DNA of 64,000 nucleotides from Phormidesmis sp. (GCA_965248535.1 CBDFJR010000002.1:2016001-2080000), one strand, 5' to 3'. Numbered from the stretch's first letter, positions 19,058 through 30,179 are shown. The notes: generated by a model not told the origin, from the letters alone. A program made the numbers and translations.

Positions 19058-20233
19058 TCAACGTCGGATCAGTTGCTCAGAAGCTGGAGCAGGAACCGAA
19101 AGCGCAGCGCTATAGACCGCTTTGATCTGTTGAGCTACCACTGGCCAGGCATAGTGATCTCTGACATAGGCTCTGCAAGTCTCGGCATTGGGGAGCGATC
19201 GCTGCCCTGACAAAATTTCTAAAATTCCTTGTGTTAAGTGTTCAGTTGAAGATCCTTCCAATACTAAATCATCCGACAAGGGACGCAACACTTCAGGAAT
19301 CGCCCCGATCGGGGTGCCCACCACGGGAGTCCCCGAAGCCAAAGACTCAATCATGCTCAAGCCAAACCCCTCAAACGAGAGCGTGGGCATGATCGAAAAG
19401 TCAGCCGCCCGATAAGCCAGCGCTAGCTGATCTTCTGAGACAAACCCCAACAGTCGCACCTGATTGGTTAAGTCTAATGACTTGATCTGCTGTTGCAGCG
19501 TTTCGGCGAGTTCTCCCTTACCTGCAATCAGCAACAGCGCATCGGGATAGCGCTGACGCACCCCACTCATCGCACTGACCAAATTCTCTAAGCCTGTGCG
19601 TTTAACCAGTCGTCGCGTTGCAAAGATAATCGGACGATCGCACTCCCAGCCGAGCTGTAGACGAGCATTTTCTCGCGAGTTAGAAAACGCAAACCTCTCT
19701 AGATCAACCCCCGGTGGCACAATGTGAATGCGATCAAGAGGAATATCGTAAGTCCGATTCAGAAGATCACGAAATGCTGTCGAAAGCACAATCAGCTTTG
19801 TTGCATGGTGATAATGCTTGTGCTCTAAGGTTTTCTTAAACCAGATATTGACGGTGGAATAGCCTTCAACCTGACTTTCTAACGCCCACGGCCCATGAAA
19901 ATGAACGACTAAAGGGCGATCGCCAATCAAATTAAGAATGGGAGCGCCATGAAGGGCGAAATGCGACACGACTAGGGGAAACTCGTCCTCTTTAAGAACC
20001 CGTCGAACCGACGATCGTAAACCCTGCCAACGCTTGAGCAACGAACCCTGCTGGGGCGCAAAGACTTGAATCTGTCCATGAGATTCTTGAAAAACCTGAT
20101 CTGAACCCGTGACCAGACCCCGTACTTTAACCCCAGCAGCGGGCAGGTGGCGAGTGCAGTCATAATAAAAACGATTGAGTCCCCCAGTTTGTTCGGGGAA
20201 CCAACCCATACCAATTTGAAGAGTATTTAGCAT
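19058..20233 (-). CDS. Glycosyltransferase family 4 (HepB-like)
   Basis: LQIGMGWFPEQTGGLNR, HFHGPWALES and FEGFGLSMIESLASGTP motifs; start set at MLNTLQ. Confidence 0.88.
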   Translation of the reverse strand: MLNTLQIGMGWFPEQTGGLNRFYYDCTRHLPAAGVKVRGLVTGSDQVFQESHGQIQVFAPQQGSLLKRWQGLRSSVRRVLKEDEFPLVVSHFALHGAPILNLIGDRPLVVHFHGPWALESQVEGYSTVNIWFKKTLEHKHYHHATKLIVLSTAFRDLLNRTYDIPLDRIHIVPPGVDLERFAFSNSRENARLQLGWECDRPIIFATRRLVKRTGLENLVSAMSGVRQRYPDALLLIAGKGELAETLQQQIKSLDLTNQVRLLGFVSEDQLALAYRAADFSIMPTLSFEGFGLSMIESLASGTPVVGTPIGAIPEVLRPLSDDLVLEGSSTEHLTQGILEILSGQRSLPNAETCRAYVRDHYAWPVVAQQIKAVYSAALSVPAPASEQLIRR

Positions 20234-20381
20234 AGTGAAAACACTGCAATGAATGAACTTGAAACCTTGGCACACAGTTTAAGAGCCGTAATACAACCTG
20301 ATTAAAAAGCTAGCCAGCGGCAGCACGATCGAGACAAACACCGTAGTGATTTAAGACTCCTCATTACACCGTCTGGGTTAA

Positions 20382-21431
20382 CTAGACACAGTTACTGGGG
20401 GTGGACTCAGCGATCGTGGCTAGATAGATATCCTCATACTGCTTAGTAATCTCTTGCCAATCAAACGCTTCAGCCCGCACTAGGCCTTTAGCGACATACC
20501 CCGATCGCAGGTTCTCAGTGGCTAACAAATGATTAATTTGCTCCCCTAGGGCATCATCTGCAGCCAACACCCCATACTCACCGTCGTCCAGCACCTCGCA
20601 CGCTCCAGGATTTGGGCTAGCAACAACTGCTGTTCCAGAGGCCATGGCCTCAATGTAAGGAACACCAAACCCCTCATAGGTGCTGGGCATACAAAACACC
20701 CAGGCTCGCTGATAAAGCTCACAGATTTTTTCGAGCGGCACCTTACCAAAATTAACCACTCCCTCACCCTGAAGGGGCTGGTCTGCCACCGTCCATAGCT
20801 CTGCATTGGGAAAGCGCGATCGCACCTCTCGCACAAAGATTTCTGCTAAAAAAGCCCCCCGCTTGCGTCCTCCCGCTGTGCCCACAAACAAAACGCATGG
20901 ATGATCCGCCTTCTCACCCGGACGGAATCGCGAGAGATCTACGCCACAGTGCACGATCGCCGAAACCGCAGGAATGCGTTTCTGAGTTGCCCGCGACACC
21001 CCAATGTTGACATCTGCAACCCACGAACCCACCTGTTCTAACCCTGCAATCACGGTTTGATAAATGCGGCGACGCAGCCGAACGGCGTGTTTTGCCTCAT
21101 CGATCGCCGAGCCATGAAACGTCCGTAGGTGAGGATGACAACCAAACAACAAATAGTTGTCGCCGTGAGTATGGACAATATCAAACTCCGAAAAATTAGT
21201 TCGAGCCAAACAAGCCGCAAAGAAAAATGACTGAAGGCGCAATCGCTTGATAACTGCCGGGAGCGTATATTGACGCACTTGATAACGACACTCGGCGTAA
21301 GCAGGGCTAAAGGTGAACATCGTTACCTCATGGCCCTGATCTACCAAAGCATTGGCGAGATAGTGAGACTGAGCCGCCACACCTCCTTTGGCTTCGTTGG
21401 GTAAATCGACATGAGTCATGGCAATTTTCAT
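20382..21431 (-). CDS. Glycosyltransferase family 4
   Basis: YEGFGVPYIEAMASGT motif. Confidence 0.9.
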   Translation of the reverse strand: MKIAMTHVDLPNEAKGGVAAQSHYLANALVDQGHEVTMFTFSPAYAECRYQVRQYTLPAVIKRLRLQSFFFAACLARTNFSEFDIVHTHGDNYLLFGCHPHLRTFHGSAIDEAKHAVRLRRRIYQTVIAGLEQVGSWVADVNIGVSRATQKRIPAVSAIVHCGVDLSRFRPGEKADHPCVLFVGTAGGRKRGAFLAEIFVREVRSRFPNAELWTVADQPLQGEGVVNFGKVPLEKICELYQRAWVFCMPSTYEGFGVPYIEAMASGTAVVASPNPGACEVLDDGEYGVLAADDALGEQINHLLATENLRSGYVAKGLVRAEAFDWQEITKQYEDIYLATIAESTPSNCV

Positions 21432-21433
21432 CG

Positions 21434-22867
21434 TTAACTTCCTTGGGTTTGATAGTCATGATATTTTTGGGCGGCGACACCCAAGCCAACAAAGCCCCAG
21501 AAAATAATTCCAGACTCCCTGGCCAAGACATTGCCAAACACAAGCTGTAGACACATAGCCAGCACGATCGCCCGAATGGTGCTGAAAAAGGTATCCGATC
21601 GACCGTTGTTCTTGCCTCGAAATAATCGCAGCAGCAGTAAGACCAGCCCGCCCCCATAAAAAACCATGCCGATCCAACCAAAGGTGAACAGCAGATCCAA
21701 AATGGCGCTATCGTAAGTCGGCATCACGCCCGTCCCATAACCCGTCAAACTTGATGAAGCCTGACTCAACAGTCCCTCATAGGTTGCCCGACGGACTTGA
21801 GCACTGGTATCGCTATCTAGGTCAGACAGAGTTTCTAAACGATTGTTGATCGTCTCCGCAAACGGTTCCATCGTTGTTAAAGGAACCACTGCCAGCCCCA
21901 AAACAAAGACAATCAAAATCAACCGCAACTGAAACTTGGGGCTAAGAGAAGTCATCAACGCCACCAAGCCAAACATCCACCCACCCCAGGCAGACCGAAC
22001 CAGCGTCAACATAAAACTCAAGTAGCCTACCACTGAAGCAGGAACTTGCAGAATGCCTTTAGCGCCTTGCCCACTCAACATCATCAGTAGCCCAGCCATC
22101 ATCCAAACAGCGAAGGGGCCGGGTGAATTCATGGTGCTGAATAGTCGAACTTCCTGCTTGTCAACATTCCCAAAGGAGCCAGCGCCTTTTTCAGTCACGG
22201 CTGAGAGCCAGAATGTATCCCATGCAGGCATACTCACATACTGAACAATTCCATAGACACCAGTTACCAAAACGCCCCAAAAGAAGACTTTTTGAATGGT
22301 TTGTCGATATTTAGAATAGTTTTGCCAATGGGAAACTAAATAGAAACTAAATAGAACTGGAATGAGCCAATCTAACCCAGTTTTTGCCACACTAAACAGG
22401 TTGCCATTCACGGCTCCAATGCAAAAACTATAGGCAATTCCGACCAAGACAAACCCATAGGGAAGCGTGTCTCCTTTATAGAGTTTTGGCAACTGTCGCA
22501 GCAGGGACGGAAGAATCACCAAAACGGCTAGGTAGGGCGCTAGCAGCACTAATCGAGTCTCATCAAACTGACCTGCATAGAAGTCAGACAGACGACTCAC
22601 GAAAGGAGTCAGGAACCAAAGCCACAGGGAAAACCCGAGGTAAAGAACTGGATATTTTTGATGCAGCAGAAACGCAACAATCAAGGCTCCTGCTGGATAG
22701 GTAAATCGCAGAACACTGCCCAGATGCGCGACAATGCACACGCTTGTAACCAACAAAAACGTCAGAATGATCGTCCAAGCTGCGGCAGGCTCTAAGCCAA
22801 GGGCGGCGAAAGCTGAGGGCGGTTTATAGGAGGGGGCGACAGTTTTAGGGTTCATAGGTTGATGCAA
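21434..22867 (-). CDS. O-antigen ligase/Wzy polymerase-like membrane protein
   Basis: About 11-12 hydrophobic helices; RLFSTMNSPG and TLVRSAW motifs; periplasmic loop with SAQVR. Confidence 0.75.
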   Translation of the reverse strand: MHQPMNPKTVAPSYKPPSAFAALGLEPAAAWTIILTFLLVTSVCIVAHLGSVLRFTYPAGALIVAFLLHQKYPVLYLGFSLWLWFLTPFVSRLSDFYAGQFDETRLVLLAPYLAVLVILPSLLRQLPKLYKGDTLPYGFVLVGIAYSFCIGAVNGNLFSVAKTGLDWLIPVLFSFYLVSHWQNYSKYRQTIQKVFFWGVLVTGVYGIVQYVSMPAWDTFWLSAVTEKGAGSFGNVDKQEVRLFSTMNSPGPFAVWMMAGLLMMLSGQGAKGILQVPASVVGYLSFMLTLVRSAWGGWMFGLVALMTSLSPKFQLRLILIVFVLGLAVVPLTTMEPFAETINNRLETLSDLDSDTSAQVRRATYEGLLSQASSSLTGYGTGVMPTYDSAILDLLFTFGWIGMVFYGGGLVLLLLRLFRGKNNGRSDTFFSTIRAIVLAMCLQLVFGNVLARESGIIFWGFVGLGVAAQKYHDYQTQGS

Positions 22868-22873
22868 ACCTGA

Positions 22874-23968
22874 TTATGGGGTGCTGTTGTCTAACGATCG
22901 GGCCACAAAGCAATCAGCAAATGTCTTGGCTTGAGTAGATAGCTGGTGAGTTTGATACCAGGCGTAGGAATGATCGGCGATCGTTTGCAGATCATTGGAG
23001 CTAGATAACGTCCAATAGTGTTGTCCTGCCTGCAATCCATCAATCTCAGGATGGGGCTGATGGCAAATAGGCAACAAACCATGAGCGCAGTAGGCCGCAA
23101 AAATAGTAGATTTGGCTAAACGCCCGCTGTAGTAGTTTAGAAATCCGGCGATCGAGGTTGACAAGATCTCACTGATTTCTGCGGTGGATCGTTTTCCTAA
23201 CACCACAATGGGGACGGTGCCGATCGCGGATAATTCCAATCCCGTTGGCATTCCGATATCCAAAATTTCTTCAATCTGCAACCGTTGGCAAATCTGATGC
23301 AGCAGGGGTTGAGAATGGCGATAAACGCGCCGACGATTTCCGGCTTGCCCAAAGATTATCAGCCGTTTCTTGCGGGCTGAGAGCGGCAACACCGATCGCG
23401 GCTCGGCAATGCTAGAAAACACGGGAAGACTGGGAATGTCAACGTGTTTTTGGTGACTGAGGATTTGCAAGGTTTTTGCATATTGCTCGGCACTGGTGAT
23501 GCAGCGATCGCTCAGACAAGCGGTTTGAGAGGCCAAGTGTCGATGGATGGGAGCTAGCCAAAACCCCGATCGCCAGGGCGGTTCGGTGGCGATCAGTTCA
23601 TGAAACATGGTCACTAACTGAGCTTCTGGAGTTTGTTTTTTCCACTGCGTTAAAGCCGCAATCAGCCACCACGGGCAGCCTCGCTTTGCATAGCCATAGT
23701 TGACGTAGTGCAACAGCACCGGAGCAGTTGACGGATGATTGAGCAGGGCAGTTTGCAGGGCAAAAGCAGAGCGATCGGGCAGGGTCTCCACCGAAAAATC
23801 AGCGATCGCGCCTGTGTTTTGCCAATGGTCATCTCCGACAATGAAATGAGTTTTGATACCAAAATCTCGATCTAGCTGTTGAGCTAGATAAAACGCATAG
23901 TCTCCTACTCCGCTGATGGTGGGCGGCAGGTGGGGAACGATCGAGAGAATAGATGTATGTTCACTCAT
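22874..23968 (-). CDS. GT-B fold glycosyltransferase
   Basis: GVGDYA, LHYVNYGY, TMFHEL and KSTIFAAYCAHG motifs; start set at MSEHTS. Confidence 0.75.
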   Translation of the reverse strand: MSEHTSILSIVPHLPPTISGVGDYAFYLAQQLDRDFGIKTHFIVGDDHWQNTGAIADFSVETLPDRSAFALQTALLNHPSTAPVLLHYVNYGYAKRGCPWWLIAALTQWKKQTPEAQLVTMFHELIATEPPWRSGFWLAPIHRHLASQTACLSDRCITSAEQYAKTLQILSHQKHVDIPSLPVFSSIAEPRSVLPLSARKKRLIIFGQAGNRRRVYRHSQPLLHQICQRLQIEEILDIGMPTGLELSAIGTVPIVVLGKRSTAEISEILSTSIAGFLNYYSGRLAKSTIFAAYCAHGLLPICHQPHPEIDGLQAGQHYWTLSSSNDLQTIADHSYAWYQTHQLSTQAKTFADCFVARSLDNSTP

Positions 23969-23996
23969 TTCTGAGGACTGGCAACATTGAATAGGG

Positions 23997-24539
23997 TTAG
24001 TGAAACAGGCGCATGTAACTGAGTTGATAGGTCTGGGTTCCTTTCCGTTCGCGAATGAATCGGGCTGGATTCCCCCCCACAATGGCGTTGGGCGGCACAT
24101 CTTTGGTGACGATAGAGCCTGCTGCTACGATCGCGTGATGACCCACGGTAACTCCTGGTAAAATCATGGCTCTCGTCGCGATCCAGGCATAATCTTCAAC
24201 CACTACTGGTTTCTCAATACCAGCAAAATCTGCATCATCCGGATCATGGTAGGCCGTTAAAATCATGACTTCGGGTGCAAGATTGACATTATTGCCGATC
24301 GTGATCCCCCCTCTGCCGTCAAGCTGACAATCTCGGTCAATCACACAATGGTCGCCGATGCTGATTTGTCCCCGTGTATAAAGTCGCAACCGCATGTGAA
24401 TTGAGCTACCTTTCCCTAAGCTCACTTTCATCAAGTGACGCAAAAACCAGCGTCGCAGCAAATGGCTAGGAAACTGAGAGACAAAGGAATTAAAAACGTA
24501 GAGCAGAATGCTCAACCCAACGGATTTGATCACGAGCAT
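23997..24539 (-). CDS. Hexapeptide-repeat O-acetyltransferase (WcaF/Maa-like)
   Basis: Left-handed beta-helix repeats; VTKDVPPNAIVGGNPARFIR motif. Confidence 0.9.
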   Translation of the reverse strand: MLVIKSVGLSILLYVFNSFVSQFPSHLLRRWFLRHLMKVSLGKGSSIHMRLRLYTRGQISIGDHCVIDRDCQLDGRGGITIGNNVNLAPEVMILTAYHDPDDADFAGIEKPVVVEDYAWIATRAMILPGVTVGHHAIVAAGSIVTKDVPPNAIVGGNPARFIRERKGTQTYQLSYMRLFH

Positions 24540-25687
24540 ACAGCCTCTTTTTCTGACTGCAAGGGAGTCCAGAACCGCGATCGCACCGCCTCTAGGGTGA
24601 ACTGAGATCGCCCTAATTTCAGTGCATTCTCAACAATCTGCGGCATCTGAGGTTGAGTCACTTCAAGGCTTTGCTTGATGATGGCAGGATCAAGGGAATG
24701 AGCCAGAATTGCAGCATTGTGTAGTTCTAAAAGTTGACTTGCCGCCGCGATCGCCGGGCCGTGATACAAGATTGGCAGTCCACTGCCTAAATAGGTCACC
24801 ATTTTGGTTGAGAGACTATACTTCGTGAAAGTTTCGGTCTCCTTGCCAAAGGGCAACGGCATATATAAAGCATCTATTTGGTCTAAGTCTTGAGCAACTT
24901 CTGCTTGAGATCCCCAAGGCAACAGCTTAATTGGAATAGTTGAACTGGTGAGATCAAAGGGAACGCCGCCTCGAATCGTCAGGGAGACAGACCAATCTAA
25001 ATGGCATTGCTGAAACCGATTCAAGGCTTCGAGCAATGCACAGAAATTTGCTTGATAGGTGAGATGAATCGCTCCCATAAAGTAAACCCTTAACTGCTTG
25101 GGCAACCGGGGCAACGCCGCCGCAGGAATGTCTGTGATTCCATCTGTGACGATCGTCCAAGACTTTTGTCCATAGCGCCGACAATACTCTTCGCCCATTT
25201 CTTTTGAGATCACAAATCGCTCGGCTGCGTTTGCCCAAGCCTCGCCAATATGCGCCATGCCAAATTTTTGTTCTAACCGATTTTGCAGCGCGTAAGCCAA
25301 ATCATCATGTACTGTCAGATAGTAGGGTAGATTTAGTTTTTGTGCGACTCGGTAGGCATACCAAAAATCGAGGCTGTGGGCGAGTCCATGAATTCCCGTC
25401 GCTTTGTGATCTAGACAAACTTGGGTTAATCGGTCTTCAAATCGTCGAGCGAGACTTGCTTCGATCGGGTAGAAATATCGGCTCAAACGGGTACTTTCTA
25501 AGCGACCCAAATGAGGACGAACGGGTAAATGGATTTCTGGAGCGATCGCCGTTTGGGGAGGGCTTTGAGGGGACGTGCAAACACTTAAACAGGGCACGGG
25601 TGCATCTTGCAGCAGCGAGCGAAAGATGCGAGGGCCGCCGCCCGGAGAGTTGAGTCCATAAGGCTGAACAAAAACAAGCATTGCCAA
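24530..25687 (-). CDS. GT-B fold glycosyltransferase
   Basis: TVHDD, FVISKEM and STKMVTYLGSGLPIL motifs. Confidence 0.7.
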   Translation of the reverse strand: MAMLVFVQPYGLNSPGGGPRIFRSLLQDAPVPCLSVCTSPQSPPQTAIAPEIHLPVRPHLGRLESTRLSRYFYPIEASLARRFEDRLTQVCLDHKATGIHGLAHSLDFWYAYRVAQKLNLPYYLTVHDDLAYALQNRLEQKFGMAHIGEAWANAAERFVISKEMGEEYCRRYGQKSWTIVTDGITDIPAAALPRLPKQLRVYFMGAIHLTYQANFCALLEALNRFQQCHLDWSVSLTIRGGVPFDLTSSTIPIKLLPWGSQAEVAQDLDQIDALYMPLPFGKETETFTKYSLSTKMVTYLGSGLPILYHGPAIAAASQLLELHNAAILAHSLDPAIIKQSLEVTQPQMPQIVENALKLGRSQFTLEAVRSRFWTPLQSEKEAVCS

Positions 25688-26752
25688 TTACCTCACTCTC
25701 GCAGTTTGGCGCTGAGTCCAGCTTTCACAGATTTCCTCAAAAATGTTTTGCAGACTTTTTGTGATGTCCCAATCTGGATAATGGGCTTTAAGTTTGCTCA
25801 AGTCGCTAATGTAGCAAATGTGGTCGCCTTCGCGGTTTTGGTCTACATAGTCGTAGACCATTTTTTGACCCGTGATGCTCTCAACTAGCGAAAAAGCTTC
25901 TAAAATTGAGCAGCTATTGTTGCGCCCGCCTCCCAGGTTATAAACCTCACCCTGTCGAGGGTTTTGAATAAACGCATGGATAAATCGTGCCACATCCAAT
26001 GAGTGAATGTTATCGCGCACTTGTTTGCCTTTATACCCAAATACCGTGTAGTGTTTGCCTTCTAAATTGCACTTAACCAAGTAGCTGAGAAAGCCGTGTA
26101 GCTCGACTCCAGAATGGTTTGGTCCGGTGAGACATCCCCCTCTCAAGCAGCAGGTCTTCATACCAAAATAGCGCCCATATTCTTGCACCATGACATCGGC
26201 AGCCACTTTGGAGGCACCAAAAATAGAGTGCTTGGATTGGTCGATTCGGCACTGTTCTGTGATGCCACCATAGTTCTCTGCCTGGGCATAGTCCCAGCGA
26301 GTTGCTTGTTCAATCAGGGGCAATTCGTTGGGTGAGTCGCCATAGACTTTGTTGGTTGACATGTGAACAAAGACGGCTTCTGGAGCAGAGCAGCGAGTCG
26401 CTTCGAGCAGATTTAGCGTGCCAACCGCGTTGGTGTCAAAATCTTTAAAGGGAATTTTAGCCGCCAGATCATGAGAAGGTTGAGCCGCACAGTGAACGAT
26501 CGCATCCGGCTTGAGGGTCTCAATGAGTTGTAGCACTTGGGCGCGATCGCGGATGTCTAGCTCATAGTGCTTAAAGTTAGCCAAATCTGCTTCAAGCCGC
26601 TGTTGATTCCAGCGAGTGTCGCCCCCAGCACCAAAAAAATCGGCGCGCATATTGTTGTCAACGCCGCAGATTTCCCAACCTTCCTTAGCAAAATAAGTGC
26701 AGACTTCAGAGCCAATCAATCCCGAAGAGCCTGTGACCAATAATTTTTTCAT
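25688..26752 (-). CDS. NAD-dependent epimerase, CDP-paratose/tyvelose 2-epimerase-like
   Basis: GSSGLIG Rossmann motif; [17 protein letters not shown] and GKQVRDNIH motifs. Confidence 0.85.
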   Translation of the reverse strand: MKKLLVTGSSGLIGSEVCTYFAKEGWEICGVDNNMRADFFGAGGDTRWNQQRLEADLANFKHYELDIRDRAQVLQLIETLKPDAIVHCAAQPSHDLAAKIPFKDFDTNAVGTLNLLEATRCSAPEAVFVHMSTNKVYGDSPNELPLIEQATRWDYAQAENYGGITEQCRIDQSKHSIFGASKVAADVMVQEYGRYFGMKTCCLRGGCLTGPNHSGVELHGFLSYLVKCNLEGKHYTVFGYKGKQVRDNIHSLDVARFIHAFIQNPRQGEVYNLGGGRNNSCSILEAFSLVESITGQKMVYDYVDQNREGDHICYISDLSKLKAHYPDWDITKSLQNIFEEICESWTQRQTARVR

Positions 26753-26833
26753 CGTTATTATGTATGCTCTACCCTCTACTTTCAGCGGTCTGTTGACAGA
26801 TCGGGAGTTTTACTGTTCTTTTACAAATGGACT

Positions 26834-27841
26834 TTACCAACCCAAGAGCCGCAGCAAGTTTTGACGCAGGCGAACAGAGCCTTTGAGAGCATCTTTTTGC
26901 GTCTGCTTGAGCCAAGCATGGACGGATTTCTCGAAGGAGTTGCGAGGATCGGCTAACGGTTCGATCGCTGACCACTCATAGCCCATTTGTTGACTAATTT
27001 CCTGCCAGTCTGATTGCCAGATATCTAGTTTTCTGAAGCGATCGAGACCATATTTAGAAAACAGATCTAACAACTCTCGATCCCAATAATAAAAAGCGCG
27101 GGGGTGAATCGTTGTCATGTCTACTCCCTGTTGCCCATACCCTGCTAACCAGTCTGGCTGAAGCGGCTGCACCTCTGCGGGAGCAATCCCATACATGTGG
27201 CGATATTGTCGATAGATTTGAATGGGTCGCTTATTCGGATTGTTGATGCGCTCCCAGCATTGATACCAGCGCTGTTTGCTCTCCATGCGATCCCAATCGG
27301 TGTATTGATAATGCAAGACTCGGATCTCTTGAAGAGCGATCGTGGGGGCTTTTTCGGGCACAGGAATGCGACTGCTGTGAATGGCTTGCCCCGAATGATC
27401 GCTGCCATCATCGACAAACCCAAACGGCAATTTAGCCTCACAGAGCCAGCCAGACGCGCATCCTGGCATCACATTCACCCACTGGAAATAGAGAACGGTT
27501 CCCTTGGGTGCGTGCAGCATTTGTTGCCATTCAGGGCTGGTCAACCAGTTGGCGGTCAACATTTCGTCGGCATCTAGGGCAATGATCAAGCGATCGCCCG
27601 GAATCTGTCTCGCCGCATTGAGCAAAAGTGCTTGCCGTGCGCCCTCATCGTAAACAGGAGACGGATTCTCGATCAGCGTCACTTTGGGATACTGTCGAGC
27701 AATTTCTTGAGAGCCATCAGTCGAATTTTGATCCGCAATAATGATGTGATCAGCCCAAAGACTCGCGCACTGAATGAAGCGATCTAGAATCCAAGCCTCG
27801 TTTTTGATTGGGGTAACACAGATAACTGTTGGTTCCATCAT
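26834..27841 (-). CDS. Glycosyltransferase family 2-like
   Basis: TPIKNEAWILDRF and ALDADE motifs; start set at MMEPT. Confidence 0.85.
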   Translation of the reverse strand: MMEPTVICVTPIKNEAWILDRFIQCASLWADHIIIADQNSTDGSQEIARQYPKVTLIENPSPVYDEGARQALLLNAARQIPGDRLIIALDADEMLTANWLTSPEWQQMLHAPKGTVLYFQWVNVMPGCASGWLCEAKLPFGFVDDGSDHSGQAIHSSRIPVPEKAPTIALQEIRVLHYQYTDWDRMESKQRWYQCWERINNPNKRPIQIYRQYRHMYGIAPAEVQPLQPDWLAGYGQQGVDMTTIHPRAFYYWDRELLDLFSKYGLDRFRKLDIWQSDWQEISQQMGYEWSAIEPLADPRNSFEKSVHAWLKQTQKDALKGSVRLRQNLLRLLGW

Positions 27842-27897
27842 TTGTGATGTGGGGAGGAATTGAATAGAATTGCTCAAACGGAGTCTAATAGGGGAGG

Positions 27898-28830
27898 TCA
27901 AACGCCCAACAATTCCGCCCGGCACCAATGAGCAAAGGTCTTGATTCCTCGCTCAAAGGAGACACTGGGGGTGAACCCTAAAGCTTGTAGTTTTGAGATA
28001 TCTGCTCGCCAATTGAGCGGCGACCCCGTGGGCACAACGCCATCAAATTGAGGCGAGTTGTCCACTTCCAACACGCTGATGATCAGGTTAGCAAGCTCTA
28101 AAATCGTCACTTCTTGACCTGTAGCAAGATTATAAGACTCGCCCATCATGCTGCCAGCCTGGATGATTTGCTCGATCGCTTTCGCAATATCCAGCGCATG
28201 AATAAAATCTCGACTTTCTTGACCTGTTCCTTGTAAAACTAGAGCATCTTGCTCGATCGCTTTCTGGCAAATATCCCAAATCACTTGGCGACGCAATCCG
28301 GGGCCATAGGCTGAGAAAATTCTGGCACTCGCCGTCGATAGCCCATAAACTTTGGCAAACTCTAGACATATTTGTTCGCTCTGCGATTTGTGAAACCCAT
28401 AGGGAGAGAGCGGTGCAATTGATTGGGTTTCGACCACAGGCAGCGAGGCTGGGTTGCCATAAACAGCGGCACTTGAGAGAAAAACAAATCGACAATCGGG
28501 CGCGTTTAACCGCAAAGCATTGAGGATTTCAAAGGTTAACGCTGCTCCACTGTAAAAATCGGCGGCTGGATCACTCATCGAAAGACCAACCGAGGCTCTG
28601 CCAGCACAGTGAATGCAAACCTGCGGCTTGTGCTGTTGCAGCAGGGCACCTAGCTCTGCATGGGGCAAGTGCATTTGATAGTAAGCATCAAGACTAGCGA
28701 TCGGGGCATTTTCGGGCGGGGCATTGCTGATGCCGATCGCTGACCAACCTTGCTGATTAAAATATCGAGCAATATATCGCCCTAAAAAACCAGCCACCCC
28801 AGTGATTAATACGGTTTTAGAGACATTCAT
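27898..28830 (-). CDS. NAD-dependent epimerase/dehydratase
   Basis: TGVAGFLG, SSAAVYG, YGFHK (YxxxK) and RDFIH motifs. Confidence 0.9.
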   Translation of the reverse strand: MNVSKTVLITGVAGFLGRYIARYFNQQGWSAIGISNAPPENAPIASLDAYYQMHLPHAELGALLQQHKPQVCIHCAGRASVGLSMSDPAADFYSGAALTFEILNALRLNAPDCRFVFLSSAAVYGNPASLPVVETQSIAPLSPYGFHKSQSEQICLEFAKVYGLSTASARIFSAYGPGLRRQVIWDICQKAIEQDALVLQGTGQESRDFIHALDIAKAIEQIIQAGSMMGESYNLATGQEVTILELANLIISVLEVDNSPQFDGVVPTGSPLNWRADISKLQALGFTPSVSFERGIKTFAHWCRAELLGV

Positions 28831-28932
28831 ATCAGCAGTTTGGTTGAGATTGAAATGATGGATTCATGCTTCAGTTTATTCATGGATGGTCTTGCTGATC
28901 AGGACGATTGGGCCATCCCCATCTCACTTGAT

Positions 28933-30171
28933 TCAAACCTGACAGGCATTGAGAGCTTTGTCGTGGTTGATTAGATGTCCGTAGAGCGTTTCCAACTGGT
29001 TGACCACGGCGGCAACCGAATATTGTTGTTCGACTAATTGTTTTCCGACTTGACCATAGTGCTGTCTAAGGGTGGGATTGTTCAACAACGTGACGATCGC
29101 TTGACTCACTTCGGTAGAATTTTGAGAAACTGAGATCCCGGCTTGATTGCCTTCTACCAATTCTGGCAACCCTTCTGCTTGACCGCCAATCACGGGTTTG
29201 CCATAGCTCCAAGCTTCTAGATAAACGGTGGGCAAGATCTCACTCAAAGACGGCATACAAAAAATATCGCAAGCAGCTAGGGCATCCGCTTTTTCTTGAT
29301 GGCTGACTTTACCCAGATAAAGAATGCGGGGATCGACGTGATCAAACCAGGTTGCAGACTCTGGGAGTTGAGGCCCGATAAACACAAATCGCGTTTCTGG
29401 GTTGTGGTGCCAAACCTGCTGAGTGGCTTCTAAAAGCGCCTTTGCTCCTTTTTGCGGCATCATTCGCCCTATATAAAGGACAAACGGGATATCTGTTAAA
29501 CCGTGTCGCTGCCGAAACTCTGCGGGGTCACTGGTGGCGGGCAGGTCAGGAGAAACGCCGATCGTGTGAAGCTGATTAGCCGAAAGCCCTAAAGACAACA
29601 GATATTGACGATCGCTCTCTAACAGCGCAATCACGGCGTGCGATCGCTGGTAATACCTAATACTTGCTGCATCATCACCCCACTGATGCGGATGCACAAA
29701 GGGCGTACACACAAACGGGATTCCGAGTGTTTGTGCTGCTTCTTGGGCTGCCCAGCCCAAATAACCGCCTGCCAGAGAATGGACAACTTCTACACCCTGC
29801 ATTAGTTGCAGCAGCCTCGCAAAATAAGCGGAGCGATACCACGAATAGCCAAACTGATTTAGAGTTTGATAAGCATAACGCTGAAGTTTGGGGAGTGACC
29901 GGAGAGCGATCGGCAGCATCTTCAAGCGGTCGAGTTTTTGCGGCGTTAGCGCATGAATGGGAATCTCACCGTCTTGATGATCTGCGGCGGCAGGTGCTAA
30001 CAAGCTAGTGTGCAGCATGGTCAAGCGCTTGGGCAGGTTGCAAGGTGTGAAATTGCCCGCGACAACTTGGACTTGATGCTGTTTAGAAAGTTGGTGCGCG
30101 ATTTGTCGAGCGTGGGTTTCAACGCCGCCAATTAAGGGATGATAGTTTTGAGCAACGAGTAAGACATTCAT
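28933..30171 (-). CDS. Glycosyltransferase family 4
   Basis: GGVETH, IGRMMPQKG and SEILPTVYLEAWSYGKP motifs; start set at MNVLL. Confidence 0.88.
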   Translation of the reverse strand: MNVLLVAQNYHPLIGGVETHARQIAHQLSKQHQVQVVAGNFTPCNLPKRLTMLHTSLLAPAAADHQDGEIPIHALTPQKLDRLKMLPIALRSLPKLQRYAYQTLNQFGYSWYRSAYFARLLQLMQGVEVVHSLAGGYLGWAAQEAAQTLGIPFVCTPFVHPHQWGDDAASIRYYQRSHAVIALLESDRQYLLSLGLSANQLHTIGVSPDLPATSDPAEFRQRHGLTDIPFVLYIGRMMPQKGAKALLEATQQVWHHNPETRFVFIGPQLPESATWFDHVDPRILYLGKVSHQEKADALAACDIFCMPSLSEILPTVYLEAWSYGKPVIGGQAEGLPELVEGNQAGISVSQNSTEVSQAIVTLLNNPTLRQHYGQVGKQLVEQQYSVAAVVNQLETLYGHLINHDKALNACQV

Positions 30172-30179
30172 GGCGATCG

